A stretch of DNA of 64,000 bases. Source: Psammoneis japonica. Lineage: Eukaryota. Every line of letters begins with the position of its first letter. Within the stretch, counting starts at the first letter, position 1. The DNA is taken from contig QPGO01000066.1 of NCBI GenBank assembly GCA_008632985.1, positions 203,771 through 267,770 of the forward strand. The letters are read 5' to 3'. Shown here one piece after another: positions 1 through 12,500 of the stretch. Made by a program: the position numbers and the translations under genes. The notes under the pieces were generated by a model. That model ran no database searches. It was not told the origin of the DNA and was given only the letters and a program-made list of their open reading frames with translations.

Positions 1-468
1 AATTTCCTTGCTGTTCTTTCCACTTTTTCAAACACCGTGCAGTGCCTCTTTTGTTGTGCAGCCTTGCAGAGCAAAGCATGATGCCAATTGCAAGACAAAA
101 CTGCCCTGTGTCACTCTCTGAATCTTTTCTCCTTCAGTGGCAGCTCATGCTCCTGGGTGCGCACTCTGGTTGGTTGCAGAGCAAACCACAAGCACCAAAC
201 CTCAAGATGCAGCTCACAATGTTGAAGGGCCCAGAGCCAGAGCTTTGACCAGAGAGTTGCAAAGGGTGGCCAGAATGAGCCACAAGCAAAACTTGCTCTT
301 TTGTTGGCTCATTGACATGCAGCGCAACATTGACAAAAGAAAGGATTGAAATTGCAACAGCTTTGGAGAGGCTTGCAGCTGCACATGAGTGCATTCCAGA
401 ATCAGTGACAATGCGCTCCAGCTCTGGGCACGACTCTGTGTGACAGCAAACTTCGTTGCACAAGAGTG

Positions 469-781
469 CAAGGTGGCACAGGTGCAAAAATGAGCCAGAC
501 CTCATGTGTGCAGAACTCAGTGTGTTTTCTGCACAAATCACCAAAGTCACCTTGCCAACTTCAATCCTCTCCAACAAGATGGAAACATGGACAACTCACA
601 TGATGATGACAAAGAGTTTGGAGTGCTTGTTTGGACTCCCCTTGACTTGTTTGTGGAGAAAAGCTGAATGTTTTCAAGCATTTATGAAGACAGTGCACAC
701 CAAGTCCAATCCAAAAGGTGCCAAAATTGCAACCTTGGAGCTTTGCAGAGCTGCACCAAATGACAAATGTGTGTGAACATG

Positions 782-814
<33 letters not shown>

Positions 815-1000
815 CAAACAAGTCAACAGGAGTGCAAGCAAGCAGCCCAACCAAGCACCACTTTGTTGTGTGAAATGTTCAAGTTCACATCATCTGGGAG
901 AGGGTTTGAGTTGGCAAAGTGACTTTGGAAATTTGTGCAGCAAACATGCCGAGTTCTGTGCATGTGGAATCTGGCCCATTTTTGTGCCCGTGCTGCCTTG
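469..1000. mobile_element. Degenerate foldback/MITE-like element with ~130-bp inverted arms (469-600 and ~870-1000)
   Basis: caaggtggcacaggtgcaaaaatgagccag... aligns to the reverse complement of ...ctggcccatttttgtgcccgtgctgccttg. Confidence 0.7.
785..812. repeat. (TC)n microsatellite
   Basis: Pure TC run. Confidence 0.95.
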
Positions 1001-1009
1001 ACCAACTGA

Positions 1010-1326
1010 AACACTTGTCTTGAACATCAAACAAATGACCAAGTTTGCAGTGCAGTGCACATTGTGTCTGTCCATGCTTGAAGTTTTTGAACACCCACCC
1101 ACCCCACACCTTTCTTAAATGACCAAGAGAGGTGCAGAAGAAAAACATTGACAGTTGTGGTTGAGCGGATCACCCAAAAATTGCACCACAAAATGGTGCA
1201 AAATTCCACCAAAAACATGCGGAAATGTGTGTGCATGACATGTGGCATGATCCCAAAAGTTGTCAATGTCACAGCTCAGCGGCACAAGGTCCCACCTGCA
1301 TCTGCTCCAGTGAGCTGGAATGTGTG
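1010..1326 (+). mobile_element. Decayed partial copy of the ~390-bp MITE at 62535-62924
   Basis: tgtcaatgtcacagctcagcggcacaaggtcccacct matches tgtcgatgtcacagttcagcagtgcgaggtcccacct; upstream blocks are collinear. Confidence 0.75.
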
Positions 1327-2664
1327 TAAAATGCTCGGGGCACAGACCACTGTCTCCCTCTCTGGCCTCCGATCTGTGCCGCACAATTGCACAGCCAAGA
1401 CGGCTGCTGCCCTCTGCCACTCTCTGACTCTTCTCTCCTCTGGTGGTGGCTGATGCTCCTGGCTGAGCACTGTGGTTGGTTGTGGCACAAGCCACAAGCA
1501 CCAGACCCAAGATGCCAGCTTCAAGCTTCGTTGTGAAAATCCAATGCACTCTTTGGGGAAAGAATTTCAAATGACAGGTGTCATCACATTCGATGAGATC
1601 TGCTCAGGTGATCAACAGCCACAGCCGCACAGACATGCAGCACGCACCACAAAATGGCTGAAACATCAAGGAAGAAGCACTGCAGGGCCCTGTCCAACAA
1701 GCAGACTGCTCTGCCAGATGAGTGTGCAGCCATGGGTGGGGATGTGGCACAAATCACATGGAAACAAATTTCCGTGGATCGAAACAAGAGTCGCCTCAGT
1801 TGACAGAGGGTGTTCAGAGGTGTTTGGAATGGGGGGCAACTTTTTCATTGGCCTTGCATTTGTCAACATTGATGGTGATGAAGTGACTGCCATTTTGCTG
1901 CACTTTGCTGTGCAATCATGACTGAAAACATTTCGATTTTTCAAAAATCCTGCTGTCACTTGTTTGTGGTTGTGGAGGGCCACTGCTGCTTTTGTGATGC
2001 CAACACTTGCCAACATCAAAAGCAGAGACTTTTTCATGTCTCTGATGATGCATCTGCCAAGTCAGCTGACTCTGCAGTCAGAAAAAAGTGAAGCTGTGCT
2101 TTGGTCCTGAATGACATGTTTGCAATTTTGGAGTGTCATTGCAGCCATTGTGACACCAAAAGTGACCAACATCAGTTGTAGAATCTCTCACATCTCCAAC
2201 AATGCATCTGCCACTGCAGCTGTCACATCAGCTGCAGAGAATGATTGACATCCTCTTTCTTGCTTTTCCTGCACTTCACTGTGTGACACAATCTGTGGAG
2301 TGCAAAGGCACACCCATTTCGCGGTGATGCTGAGGCAGGTCACAGGTCCCATTTTCCAACTGTGCTCAACTCTGCATTTTTGTCCTTTCCACCACAACAA
2401 CTGCCTGCTGGAGCCTTCCTCTTCAATTTCAAAGTCTGGGTCCTCATCATCGTTGCTCTCCTTGACATCCATTGTTGCTTCTTCCTTGCCTGCACAGGAG
2501 TGCTGTGCCAGCAACGGCTGTGGACTGTTGTGAGCAACACTGTGCATTTTAAAAGTGCAAACAGATGGTGTGCTTGGCATTCAAGCAAGTCATGACCTGG
2601 TCTTTTGGCAACAGCTTTCGGAGCCACACTTGCAGCTTTGGTTTCATCACTGTGACACTGTCCA

Positions 2665-2796
2665 CAGCAAAAGTTGGCATGCATTGATGCCACTTCCACA
2701 AGAGCACACCACTTGCTTCTTGACAGCAATGTCAAAGCTCAACTCAGCCTTGTCAAAAACATCCAGAAGCTCTTGTGTTGGTTTCAGTTTCAACCA
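2665..2796 (-). pseudogene. Fragment of a sulfurtransferase (rhodanese/MST C-terminal domain)
   Basis: LKPTQELLDVFDKAELSFDIAVKKQVVCSCGSGINACQLL resembles the CGSGVTAC active-site loop and its preceding helix. The rest of the gene is not recognisable. Confidence 0.55.
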
Positions 2797-3187
2797 AAAT
2801 TGTCCGCACGGATTCAACATGAGAAATTCCCTCTCATCTGCAACTTGCAATGTCATCTTCATGCCCACTGCATGAACAGGATCCCATGCTTGATGTGCAA
2901 TGGAATGGAGTCACCAAACAGCTCCAAGGCTTTTGCCCTCATGGCTCTTGTTGGTTCTGTCTCATGTCACCCAGCCCACCTTGATCCGCTCCTCCAAGAA
3001 GCCACCCTGCATGCATCAAAAATGAAACGATGCATTGTCGCTCATGGAGTGGAATGGAAATCATGTTTGTGGAGTAAAATTTGTCCCCTCCTTGCTGCAA
3101 ATGACAATCTGTGTGGTTCGTGGATGTCAATGAAGAGCTGGGGCAAATGCGAGACAACAAGGCACTTTTTCTTGCAGGAGAAACAAC

Positions 3188-3397
3188 TTGGGGGAAGTCT
3201 CCAGCCAGCTGCTGGCTGAAAAAAGTCTGATCATCAGCGCGTTTGGGGGTTTTGCAAGTGCAATTTTTGTGCATGCAAAAGAAGATGAGTCTGTCCAGCG
3301 TTCATCAAAACCCCCTGATGCACAGATTGACAGACTCTTTCAGCGCAATTTCTGCACAAAATCATTCAGCCAGCAGCTGGCTGGAGACTTCCCCCAA
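3188..3397. mobile_element. 210-bp MITE with a perfect 33-bp inverted repeat
   Basis: ttgggggaagtctccagccagctgctggctgaa (3188-3220) is the exact reverse complement of 3365-3397. Confidence 0.85.
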
Positions 3398-4330
3398 ACT
3401 GACATGGTCTGAATCAGGGCTTTCAAGCTCATCCATTGCCAAAACCACTCTGTGTGTGATTCTGGAAACAGCACAACAAGGGCGCTGGCATGGGCAAAAA
3501 AGGAACGTGCTGCATGATGAGGGTCGCAAGCCAATTCTGATTCAACCCACACGCGTTGTTGACAGCGCCACACACACTTCATGCACTCACCTCTTCCAGC
3601 ACAAACATTGTCAGCATTCTTGCTTTGATGTTGTGAGATGTTGTCATCCAGGCGGCTCAGCTCTGTCTCATGAAAGTGCCATTTGGGTGACGGCATGTTG
3701 CTTGGACAAGACATGAGGTCATTCTCAGACATTTCAAAGCTGCTCAATGAAGCTGCCGCCATGAGAGTCATGCTTCGGTGCTCCCTGCCTGATTCGATGA
3801 TGGCGGACATGATGGCATCAAAAGTGCAACTTTTCACGATGATCCTGAGGGAAGCATTTTTTGGTGCAAAACGACATGTGTGTTGGTCAGGTGCTGACTT
3901 TGCTCAATTTCTCCACCAAACCATTGCTCGAGATGGCCCCTCGGTGTGTTCCACCTGATTGTGTGATCGCGGACATTATGATGCTTTGAAGGGGCTGTCC
4001 AAAACAGTGATTCTGAGGGTGCGAAAGCGATTTGTGGCAAGAAACGGCAGGTTGATTTTTTGGTTGTCGCTCAGCGAAGGCTACGGAGTTGGAAGCTCGG
4101 ACTTGCGCGTTGTGACCGCACGTTGAGTCTTATGACATCCATGGTCCATTTGGGCAACGAGGTTGATTTCTTCTAAAAAAACATAAATAGCACCTGCGTG
4201 ATTTCTACTACGGCGTACCCACCCATAGCAGCGCGGATGTTGCTGCTGCCATCTGCCATCATCACCGCTGCTGGTTTGCTGTGTTGTCTCTATTGAGCCC
4301 ATAAGGTGTCATTCAGCCCACATTACAACC

Positions 4331-5275
4331 ATGACGACGTCTCCCGACAATAAACGTGCAAGGTTCGCTTGTTGCGGTGATGGCGAAAGCGCAGCACTCA
4401 AACTGGTCTGTGAGAGCGGCTTTTTGAACACCAAAACTCTGGGCCGTTTGCTCCTAATCACCAACAAACGCTTGACGCATGACATGTTTGGTAGTAATCC
4501 TCAAGACGTTTGGCGGTGCTTGTGTGCCAATGAATGGAGCTTGGATGACGTGCAGCTTGCCACCATTTCCACAGGCATGACCATGGAGGAAACTTTCCTC
4601 AAGCTTTTGGTGCCTTCTGTTGTGGGAATCAACTCGTGGGCGGGAGAAGAATTCTCGTTGCGCCCGCTGAGGTATTCTCCAGACGATTATCTGTTTGTTT
4701 TTAAGTTTGAGTCTACCTCAGATCCAGATGATGATCATACTTTTTATCACAAGGTTGTTCCCGGTAAAGAACTCTCACAGTTCTTCACCGCGGGCAAGGC
4801 GCAAATACTCTTTGATGAACCAATTGTAGAGTTTGAATCCAGTGAAGAATTCATTGACTTCTTTTGGACCGCACATGTGCAACTGCTTCGGATACCAGAT
4901 GGAAAGATTCTCAATGATCTTGCGCTTTTTGGCGCTCGAGATACATTGAACCCCAACGAACCGGAATTAGTCGGGAGGTCCCAATCGGATATTCCGATCC
5001 GTCGGACAAAGACGCTGAACACCGACTACGGGTTTCATCTCATGCGATCAGTCTATCCTGACAACATCATTGCATTTCAATTTGATGTGGATCTTGTGTA
5101 TCGAATATCAGCTGTCAACGATTCTCTGAACAAAGTTGGAGTGTGGGGTTTCGAGCTTGTCACGTTACTACAGGCAATAGATGATGCACCGGAGGTTATG
5201 GATTCACATTATTTGTTGGAGAGTAATGTCTCTTTTGCTCATTTTTTGGAAGCCCTGTCTGCTTGGGACTCGTGA
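4331..5275 (+). CDS. Hypothetical protein, 314 aa, possible F-box-like N-terminus
   Basis: Uninterrupted ATG-TGA ORF of normal composition. N-terminal FLNTKTLGRLL...VWRCLC pattern. Confidence 0.75.
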   Translation: MTTSPDNKRARFACCGDGESAALKLVCESGFLNTKTLGRLLLITNKRLTHDMFGSNPQDVWRCLCANEWSLDDVQLATISTGMTMEETFLKLLVPSVVGINSWAGEEFSLRPLRYSPDDYLFVFKFESTSDPDDDHTFYHKVVPGKELSQFFTAGKAQILFDEPIVEFESSEEFIDFFWTAHVQLLRIPDGKILNDLALFGARDTLNPNEPELVGRSQSDIPIRRTKTLNTDYGFHLMRSVYPDNIIAFQFDVDLVYRISAVNDSLNKVGVWGFELVTLLQAIDDAPEVMDSHYLLESNVSFAHFLEALSAWDS

Positions 5276-5326
5276 TTTGGAGACATGGTCGTCTTGATGG
5301 AATCATTCTTGAATGTAACGCGTTGA

Positions 5327-5770
5327 TGATCAATTTCCGAAGAAGACGAGGAAACTATTTTTTTTAGGGTATTGCAGTTACCGTACTCACCTCAATATGT
5401 ACAGCAAGCGCACAGTACTATTTATAAACTGTAGGATCATCCTATCAAAGCAGCCGAAGAGATATCAACAACGAGTCGAGCTGTGCCGGATCATCTAGTA
5501 TCTACCACTAGAGGATAGTGCAGTTACGCACCTCAATACAGCAACCGCACACTATCTTTCAAAAACTTTAGGATCATCCTATCTAAGTAGCCGGAGAGAC
5601 ATCAAGAACGAGTCAAGCTGTCCCGGATCATCGTAGATCAATTTCCTAAGATGATGAACAAACTAGTATTTAGGACAGTGCACACAGTACTTTTCAAAAA
5701 CTTTAGGATTATCCTATCTTAAGCAGCTGGAGAGACATCTACAACGAGTTGTGTTGTGACGAATCATGGT
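5327..5770. repeat. Degenerate tandem repeat, three copies of a ~140-bp unit
   Basis: taggatcatcctatc...gagagacatcaagaacgagtc...ggatcat recurs near 5430, 5570 and 5705. Confidence 0.8.
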
Positions 5771-7404
5771 GGATCCAAGGCTCTTTACCAACTCAACACC
5801 ATTTCGGCTACGTGTGCCACAGATAATTTCCAGTTCGCTTTGAGACAGTCGAAGATGATTCTTGGAACCGCACGACCCAAGCTGGTGCTCCAGGTGATTG
5901 ATGAAAATTCCTCGTGTGACTGGAAACTTCGCATCATTTGGACAAACATTTTGATGCAACATTGGAGTGTCAACGTTTTCATCATCGCAACTGAATGATT
6001 GTCACAGATGAGTCAACTCATCATGTCATGCCCGCTTTGCAAAAGAGAGTATGCACTGTCAAATCAGCCACGGCAGCTTGTTTTGACATCTTCGGGGGAT
6101 CCGACCATTGCCATTGTTGATGCCAGGAACGACGAGAATGTCGTGTCCTCCAACCCTTTACCCTTTCATTTCTCGTGGGGCACTTTTGATTCGCAAACGG
6201 ATCCAAATCGTCAATGGTACTGTGACGCACAAGCGGCATTTCCTTCCAATAGCGAGTCTCTAGCGAAGCCCTGAAGCCGCCGCATAGAGCATCCAACATG
6301 ATAGTGCCATTTTCCGACTCATCCTTATAATTTTTTATCCAGTATTGTTCCGCCAAGAGAGAATTTTCAAGAGCTTTTCGTTTTCCTCTTTTCTCGTTTG
6401 TTGAGCTTTTATGCGCCTTGACGGTGTTCCGTATAATATCAATCGACGTTCAGCATACCATTACAAGCAAATCATTTTAAAATGCTCAAATCACCATTCT
6501 GTACTTGAATGGGATTGCGTAGACAACATTGCCCTTTCCTTGGAAGATACCCTCATGGTTGCCGAGCACTCGATATATTTACGGTATTCGTCTTTGTAAA
6601 ATGGGGTTTGATAACGAGCTCGAGACTTGCGCTTCGCGGTTGCACACCACTGGGAGTACGAATCAAAACTTTCGCTTCGACTGTTTCCGCATTCCCATTG
6701 ACGCCTTCTTGACAAGAGACGTGAGCCAACAGACGAGAAATCTGTTCAACTACATATTGACAATAGCATCATCCTTTGCAAATGCCGTTGATTTACTGCT
6801 ATCGTACCTCACACGAAACATGAACTCGCGAAATGCCAGCTGACAACCATCCATATATTCTAAATCAGATTTGGGACGCATCATGATGGTCTTTTTCCTC
6901 CTCGTTATATTGTTGCGCTACCTCCTATCCGGTTCAAGAGCCTCACGTTTGTGTTCCGCAAAATCATTGACACGGACAAGATCCTGGGCCTTTTTGGTGT
7001 GCGTCCAATATTTGCTGGTAAAAACGCTCATCCAGCCTCATGACCGTCCACACACATGGGAAGCGTCTTCACGAAACATATGGGAAGCGGAGTTTCGTCT
7101 TTGAAGTCGTTTCGATAGCACGTGTTACCGGAACCGGGCACTCGATATAGACAAACACCACGTCGTCGCAACTTTGTGGTCTTTTTAGAGGTACATGAAA
7201 AGAACCGTCTTGTACGTAAGGCGAGAAGGATCAGCGAGACTGGGCGCAGCGGGCGAGCGAACGAAGCCTTCATCATGGTGTCCGATAGATTGGTTGAATT
7301 CATTGTCACGTGTATGTACAGTAAAATAGATAGTGCATATGAACGTATATGGATACGAATAACAACATAGAACAATTTCGAAATACAACGGAAACTGTTG
7401 TACA

Positions 7405-8245
7405 TCCCTCGTGAACGAACCGCCGCTGTCGCAGCGAGCGACGAGCGATGATGCAAAAGCGGCGCTGGCAAGAGACATTGACGACAACAAGAGCAAGCCG
7501 CTGACGAGAAATGAATGATCTTCCAGCACTTGCTGTGTTTTTCTTTTTTCTTTTTCACGCCTTGCTGCAATTTGAAATTGCTTCAGAGGGCCCCACAGGG
7601 ATGCCGACGACGAAAGTGTGAGCCGATCGACTTTGAATCATCAAACTCATCACCGACGAATTTGCGCATTTTGCATTTTCTCAGCTGTTTGCTGTGGAGT
7701 CAATTTTGCACCGTTGTAGTTGACAAGATGGAGTGACTCCGTCAACCACAGTGTGCATCAGTGTCCACCTCGATTCCCTGACATGGAGAAGTGCAAGCCA
7801 TTGTGGACGTCTTGTGTTCTCGGATGCCGACAAGTGCTTGACCTCAAAGACCCACGTCACAAAGGCTCTGAGCACTGAATGGTCTGTTGTGGACCGAACG
7901 AGAATGAGATGAGCTGAATGCCGTGCACACCAGTTCAAGGGTGTCGTTGAAAGGGAGTGCCGACAGTGCACCATCGCCGCAGTCCGACGTTGTTTCCATT
8001 GTTTGCGGCAGATCCTGCACAGTGCAGCACAAGCAAAAAACCGGTCTGTCCTCTTCCGACCTGTCTGTCCTCTTGCAAGAGCAAACTGTGCAAAACCACT
8101 CTAAGAAGGGCTCCCCGTTGTTGCACATGCAAACCCTGTCTGCTGGCATCGGTCAGAAGGTCAACAGAGATCTTTGCGAAAACAGCGGGCTAAAAGAGTG
8201 TTGCATCATGGCACAATTGGGGGCCAAAAGCGGCACATCGCCATT
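7405..8245. other. TpA-depleted domain 2 (CpG largely retained)
   Basis: About three TA in ~840 bp while CG is common. Confidence 0.8.
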
Positions 8246-8743
8246 TTCTAAGAAAAATCTACCGTTTGAGAATTTACACAGATTTTCTATCATTAATTAT
8301 CCTCATTGATGGATGTTTTTACATGTCCATTTCCAATTCGAATGCGAGTAATAAGGCAAAACAACAACGAATGAGAGCTTATGGACCCGCATTATTCGAT
8401 ACGAGTGTGTATTATGGACTTGCCATTCTGCCCTTGCGAGAGATAATGGCTAAGCGATTGACGAAGGATGCAAAAAAAAACTGTGTAAATTTCTCGGTAT
8501 GTTGCCACGTAGAAATCTACTGACGACCGGTCTGTCCTCTTGGAACGAAAAAAGGCCCTTCTTGCGACAGTAACAATGGTGTTCAGAACCGTGAACCTGG
8601 CAAATACAGGCATAGGAGCACGTCAATTGACAATGTTAGAAGACGTAAGAAGCATTGCACAGTGAAAAGCTAATCGATTTTGGAAACAAAATCGACTTTT
8701 ACACAGATGCCAAAAGGCAGAGGACAGACCGGTTTTTTACTTG
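8030..8743. mobile_element. Tc1/mariner-type MITE (TA target duplication, ~25-bp TIR)
   Basis: Left end gCAcaagCaaaaaaccggtctgtcctct versus right end (reverse complement) gTAcaagTaaaaaaccggtctgtcctct. Internal partial TIR copy at ~8526. Confidence 0.85.
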
Positions 8744-9537
8744 TACGGGGCGCGGCAAGACGCATCCGCGATCGATTCGTTCCTGGATATGGAGTTACGA
8801 CTAGCACAATGTGAACTGTAAAAAACGTCCCGAACACCCATATCGCATCTTTTGTACATCGATATTTAACGATAACGTCTTTTAGCAAATAATTAAGGCA
8901 TTTTTCAGATGTAACCCATACAATTTGTACTCAAAATTTGATACTTGTAACACAATTAGAAGATTTTTAAAATGTTTCATATTCAAATTCATACTCAAAT
9001 TTTCATAACTTTTTCACTCCGACTGTTTCTAATCAATAATCAAGTTCGTATGTTTATTAAAAGACGTGGCCGGCGTTTCGGTCCATTTTGGCGGCTCGAC
9101 ATTTGAGTTTACTTAACACCGGACATTTCTATATGACTTCAGTGCGTAGAGCCATAAGTACGTAGACTGTTACAAATTCTACAGCAGGAGTCATGTGCAG
9201 TCATTTTACATTCCAATCATTCAGACATTCAATATATATTTAAATACAAAGTATACAGTTTGTAATGGTCTATTTTGCACATTGTGCTAGTCGTAGCCTC
9301 ATACCGCCGCGATCGATTAGAGGCATGGTTGAAGTTATTATTCTTTTGGTGAAGAACTTCCGTCAAGCAAAAGGAAGATGTCACCCCACACGTATGAGAC
9401 CGATGCAAAATCTCCGTTGCCTGACAACACGGCAAGACTAGGCGGATAGAGCAACGCACAAAAACGATTGCTTGTTGGTTGTTCAATCGTTGGTGTGTTT
9501 CAACAAGTGGATACATCGTACTCGTCGGGCAAGGACA

Positions 9538-12500
9538 ATGTTGTTTCGACATTTCCTGGTGTCGTTGTTGTTGTGTCGCCTTTGCCGAGGCGGCACCTTC
9601 TCGGACAAACGGCTGTTTCGGGCAGTTTGTTTGCGAGTCGTTGGGAAGGATTGCGACTCTGGTTCTCAAGATGGTGCGCCGTGGTACTGCGGTGCTTTCA
9701 AGGAAATGTGCGAGTTCAAGCAAGGAAAAGTCGACAGGAACGGTCTTGATCTGCGTTGCGGCACGTTGCTCAAGACGATGGAAGAAGGCGGCTTTGCAGC
9801 CGTCCTCCGCACCAAGGAAGAGTGTGAATCCTCAAGGAAGATTTGCCGTTGGAGCTCGGGTGGAGCAGCATGGCAACGTCTCGAATGCAAGATTGTTCTT
9901 GGTGGCGCTGAAGATGAGTTTCGTGGCGACCGCGGACGGACAAGAGGCTTGCGTCCAGGACAAAACTTCTTTTCCAGAGTTGGAAGCGGAAAGAAGGGAT
10001 CCAAAGCAAAGAGCAACAGAAAGAAAGGAAAAGGTGAGGGGAAAGGCAATGTTGACATGAAGCCGCGCCAATGCCATGGTTGGCGGAAGAAGCTCTGTGC
10101 CAACGGAAAATGCATCAATCACAAAAAGTGTTGCCCCGAGGACGCATCTTGCAAGCAAGGTGGGACGAGAAAACGTACAAGAGCGCCACGTCCCGCGCCC
10201 CGACCTGGACCAACCAAGAAGCCAGCAGGTGGTAAAGGATTTCCGATTGCCTGTCAAGGCTATGTCGGATGCAGTGACGGGAGCCGTTCTAAACGAGCCA
10301 TTTGCCGCCGTCAAGGAAATAGCGTCCGCACGCTATGCATTTCTAAAAGCCTTGCTTTGCGTCGCCTTGTAGTGCCTGGTTCGGACGGCACTTATTGCGG
10401 CTGCTGCACAACCGAGCAAGAACCTAACCGCCGTCCATCCTATTGTGCGAGGTACGACGGGATCGTTGATGCCTCTTTTATCAAGGATGGACTTGTTCCC
10501 GGGCTGTCTACAGTTGATGAAGATTCGACTTTGGACGTTGCGGGCTCAAGCTATAAGATTGCAGCTACTGGATCGGTTGCCAATGCAGGCCTTGTAATTC
10601 TCTCCAAAGTTTCGCATCTTATTGATTCAGTAGACTGCGTATTCTCAGCACAGGGACAGAGCAAGGTTACCATTATCCTGAAGGCTGGATTGCTCTTTGG
10701 GTCCGTGAAGGAACTGTTTCCTCAAAAAGCTGTGTTGGTGGTCGAGGGTGATGTATTTGGCTCGTGCTTGTTAGATTCGGTACCCGAAAACCAGGTCGGT
10801 ATCGACATTACTCGACTTGACGAGTTTTCTGATGATGGTTACTTAATTATCAAGTCGGTTCAGGGTAGCGATAGGAAAGTAGATGTTTCGGGCGTTGCCA
10901 CGGATTTCTTCTCTCTATTCAAGTCACTAAGCGCCAGGCTCACGCGTTCTGTTATAGAAGCTGGGTCGCAACGTGCTTTAGTCGAATCCTGTTTGGGATT
11001 TGGTATCGAGGGTCCCGAGACAGCTGTCGAAAACGAAGACGCCCCATTTTCGTTCATGTTCGAGGGTCAGGTGTGCGGCAATGTCGGCGTTGATTTCTTC
11101 CTCGATGCCTCTCTTGGCGATATCGACCTTGAACTTAAACTTTCATTTGGGTACAAGGTTCAGGCCAAAGCTGAAGTGGGTTTTGAACGCCAATTCGAAA
11201 CTTTTGAGCCCGTTCAACGGAAGATTCCAACACTTAACTTCGGCAGTATCCCAATCATCCTACGACTTCGCGGGGTTCCACTCAAACTCTTTCTCAAGTT
11301 GAGCGCAGAGAAATTTGTTCTTGAAGCCGATCAGACGGCGTCTATTTTTTCCTTGGCTGAATTCAGCTTAGAGCAGCCTGTCGCTGAAATAACACTGAAA
11401 GTTACAGGTAGCTTACTCGGCGTTGGGTTGCGCGCCGCGGTAGATAGCAGCGTCGCCCCCATGCAGAGCGAAGGCGAGGCAAGTGCTGTAATCCCTGCTT
11501 TAAATGCTGACTACAAAGTCTCGAGCTTTGCTGGGCTTCTTCCTGAGATCATAGGGGCAGCGATTTCAAAACGATTCTCGTTCCTAGTTTCTACAAAAAC
11601 GGGCATGCATATGGAGGGAAAGACCCAAGTGTCACAATACGATGGGAAACAGCTTAATCCAAATGAATTGCCTACCGAAGTTGGTCCATGTGACGAGAAC
11701 CATGATTTTGAATTGACGGTGTCTGCGGGGTCGGGAGGCATCAAGTTTGGATATTACATTGATCTGACCCCTCCAGGGGGGAACCTTGATCCAATCTACC
11801 TTCAAGACTCAGTCGAAATCACGGGAATAAATGATCAGGACTTGTTGCTTGTATGTGATCATTTGGAGGATCAGCCTTCGCTCGAGCCTAGTGTTGAACC
11901 CTCCGATCCGCCGTCATTGAGCCCTTCAGATCAGCCATCATCATACTCTTCCATGTGGCCTTCGGATCAACCTTCTCTGGAACCTAGTGGCGAACCTTCC
12001 GATCAGCCATCATTGAGCCTTTCCGATCAGCCATCGTCAGACCCTTCCATACGACCTTCGGATCAACCTTCTTTGGAACCTAGCGGTGAGCCCTCTGATC
12101 CGACGTCATCGAGTCCTTCCACGCAACCATCAAGTTGCATGAATGATGATGATGATTGTGATGGGGTTCCCGACGCCTTTGACCTATGCCCCGGGGTTGA
12201 CGACATCAATGACCCTTCATGTGTGATCATCACCCAATCGGTTTTCGCTCTGGACAGGTTCAAGACAGATGTATCCCTCGATCAGGAATCGGAGGCTGTA
12301 AAGATTGATTTCATTGTAAAAGAGGAGGGAATGATGAAGTCCTCCTTACGCATGGTTTATGATCCTCAAACAGCAACAGTGCAAGAAATCCATCTTGTCG
12401 TACGGAAAGATGATTCTGAGAGCATACTTGCCACAATAGAAGCAACCAGCGAGGGGGAGAGAAAGAAAAGAACCCTTCATCAGTCTCTGGAAGTACGTTC

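Larger units (their letters stand above)
1..4080. other. TpA-depleted (and CpG-poor) degenerate repeat domain 1
   Basis: No TA in 1-682 and about six in the first 4 kb by eye. TG/CA-rich; ORFs are almost Tyr-free. Normal TA density resumes at ~4082. Confidence 0.95.

Noticed and set aside
1..4080. Classical fungal RIP or simple CpG decay as the explanation
   Set aside because: RIP increases TpA, and CpG deamination cannot remove it. The polarised alignments show TA->TG/CA.
5750..7530. Minus-strand ORF fragments that might form a gene
   Set aside because: Many stops in every frame and no motif or splice model I could support.
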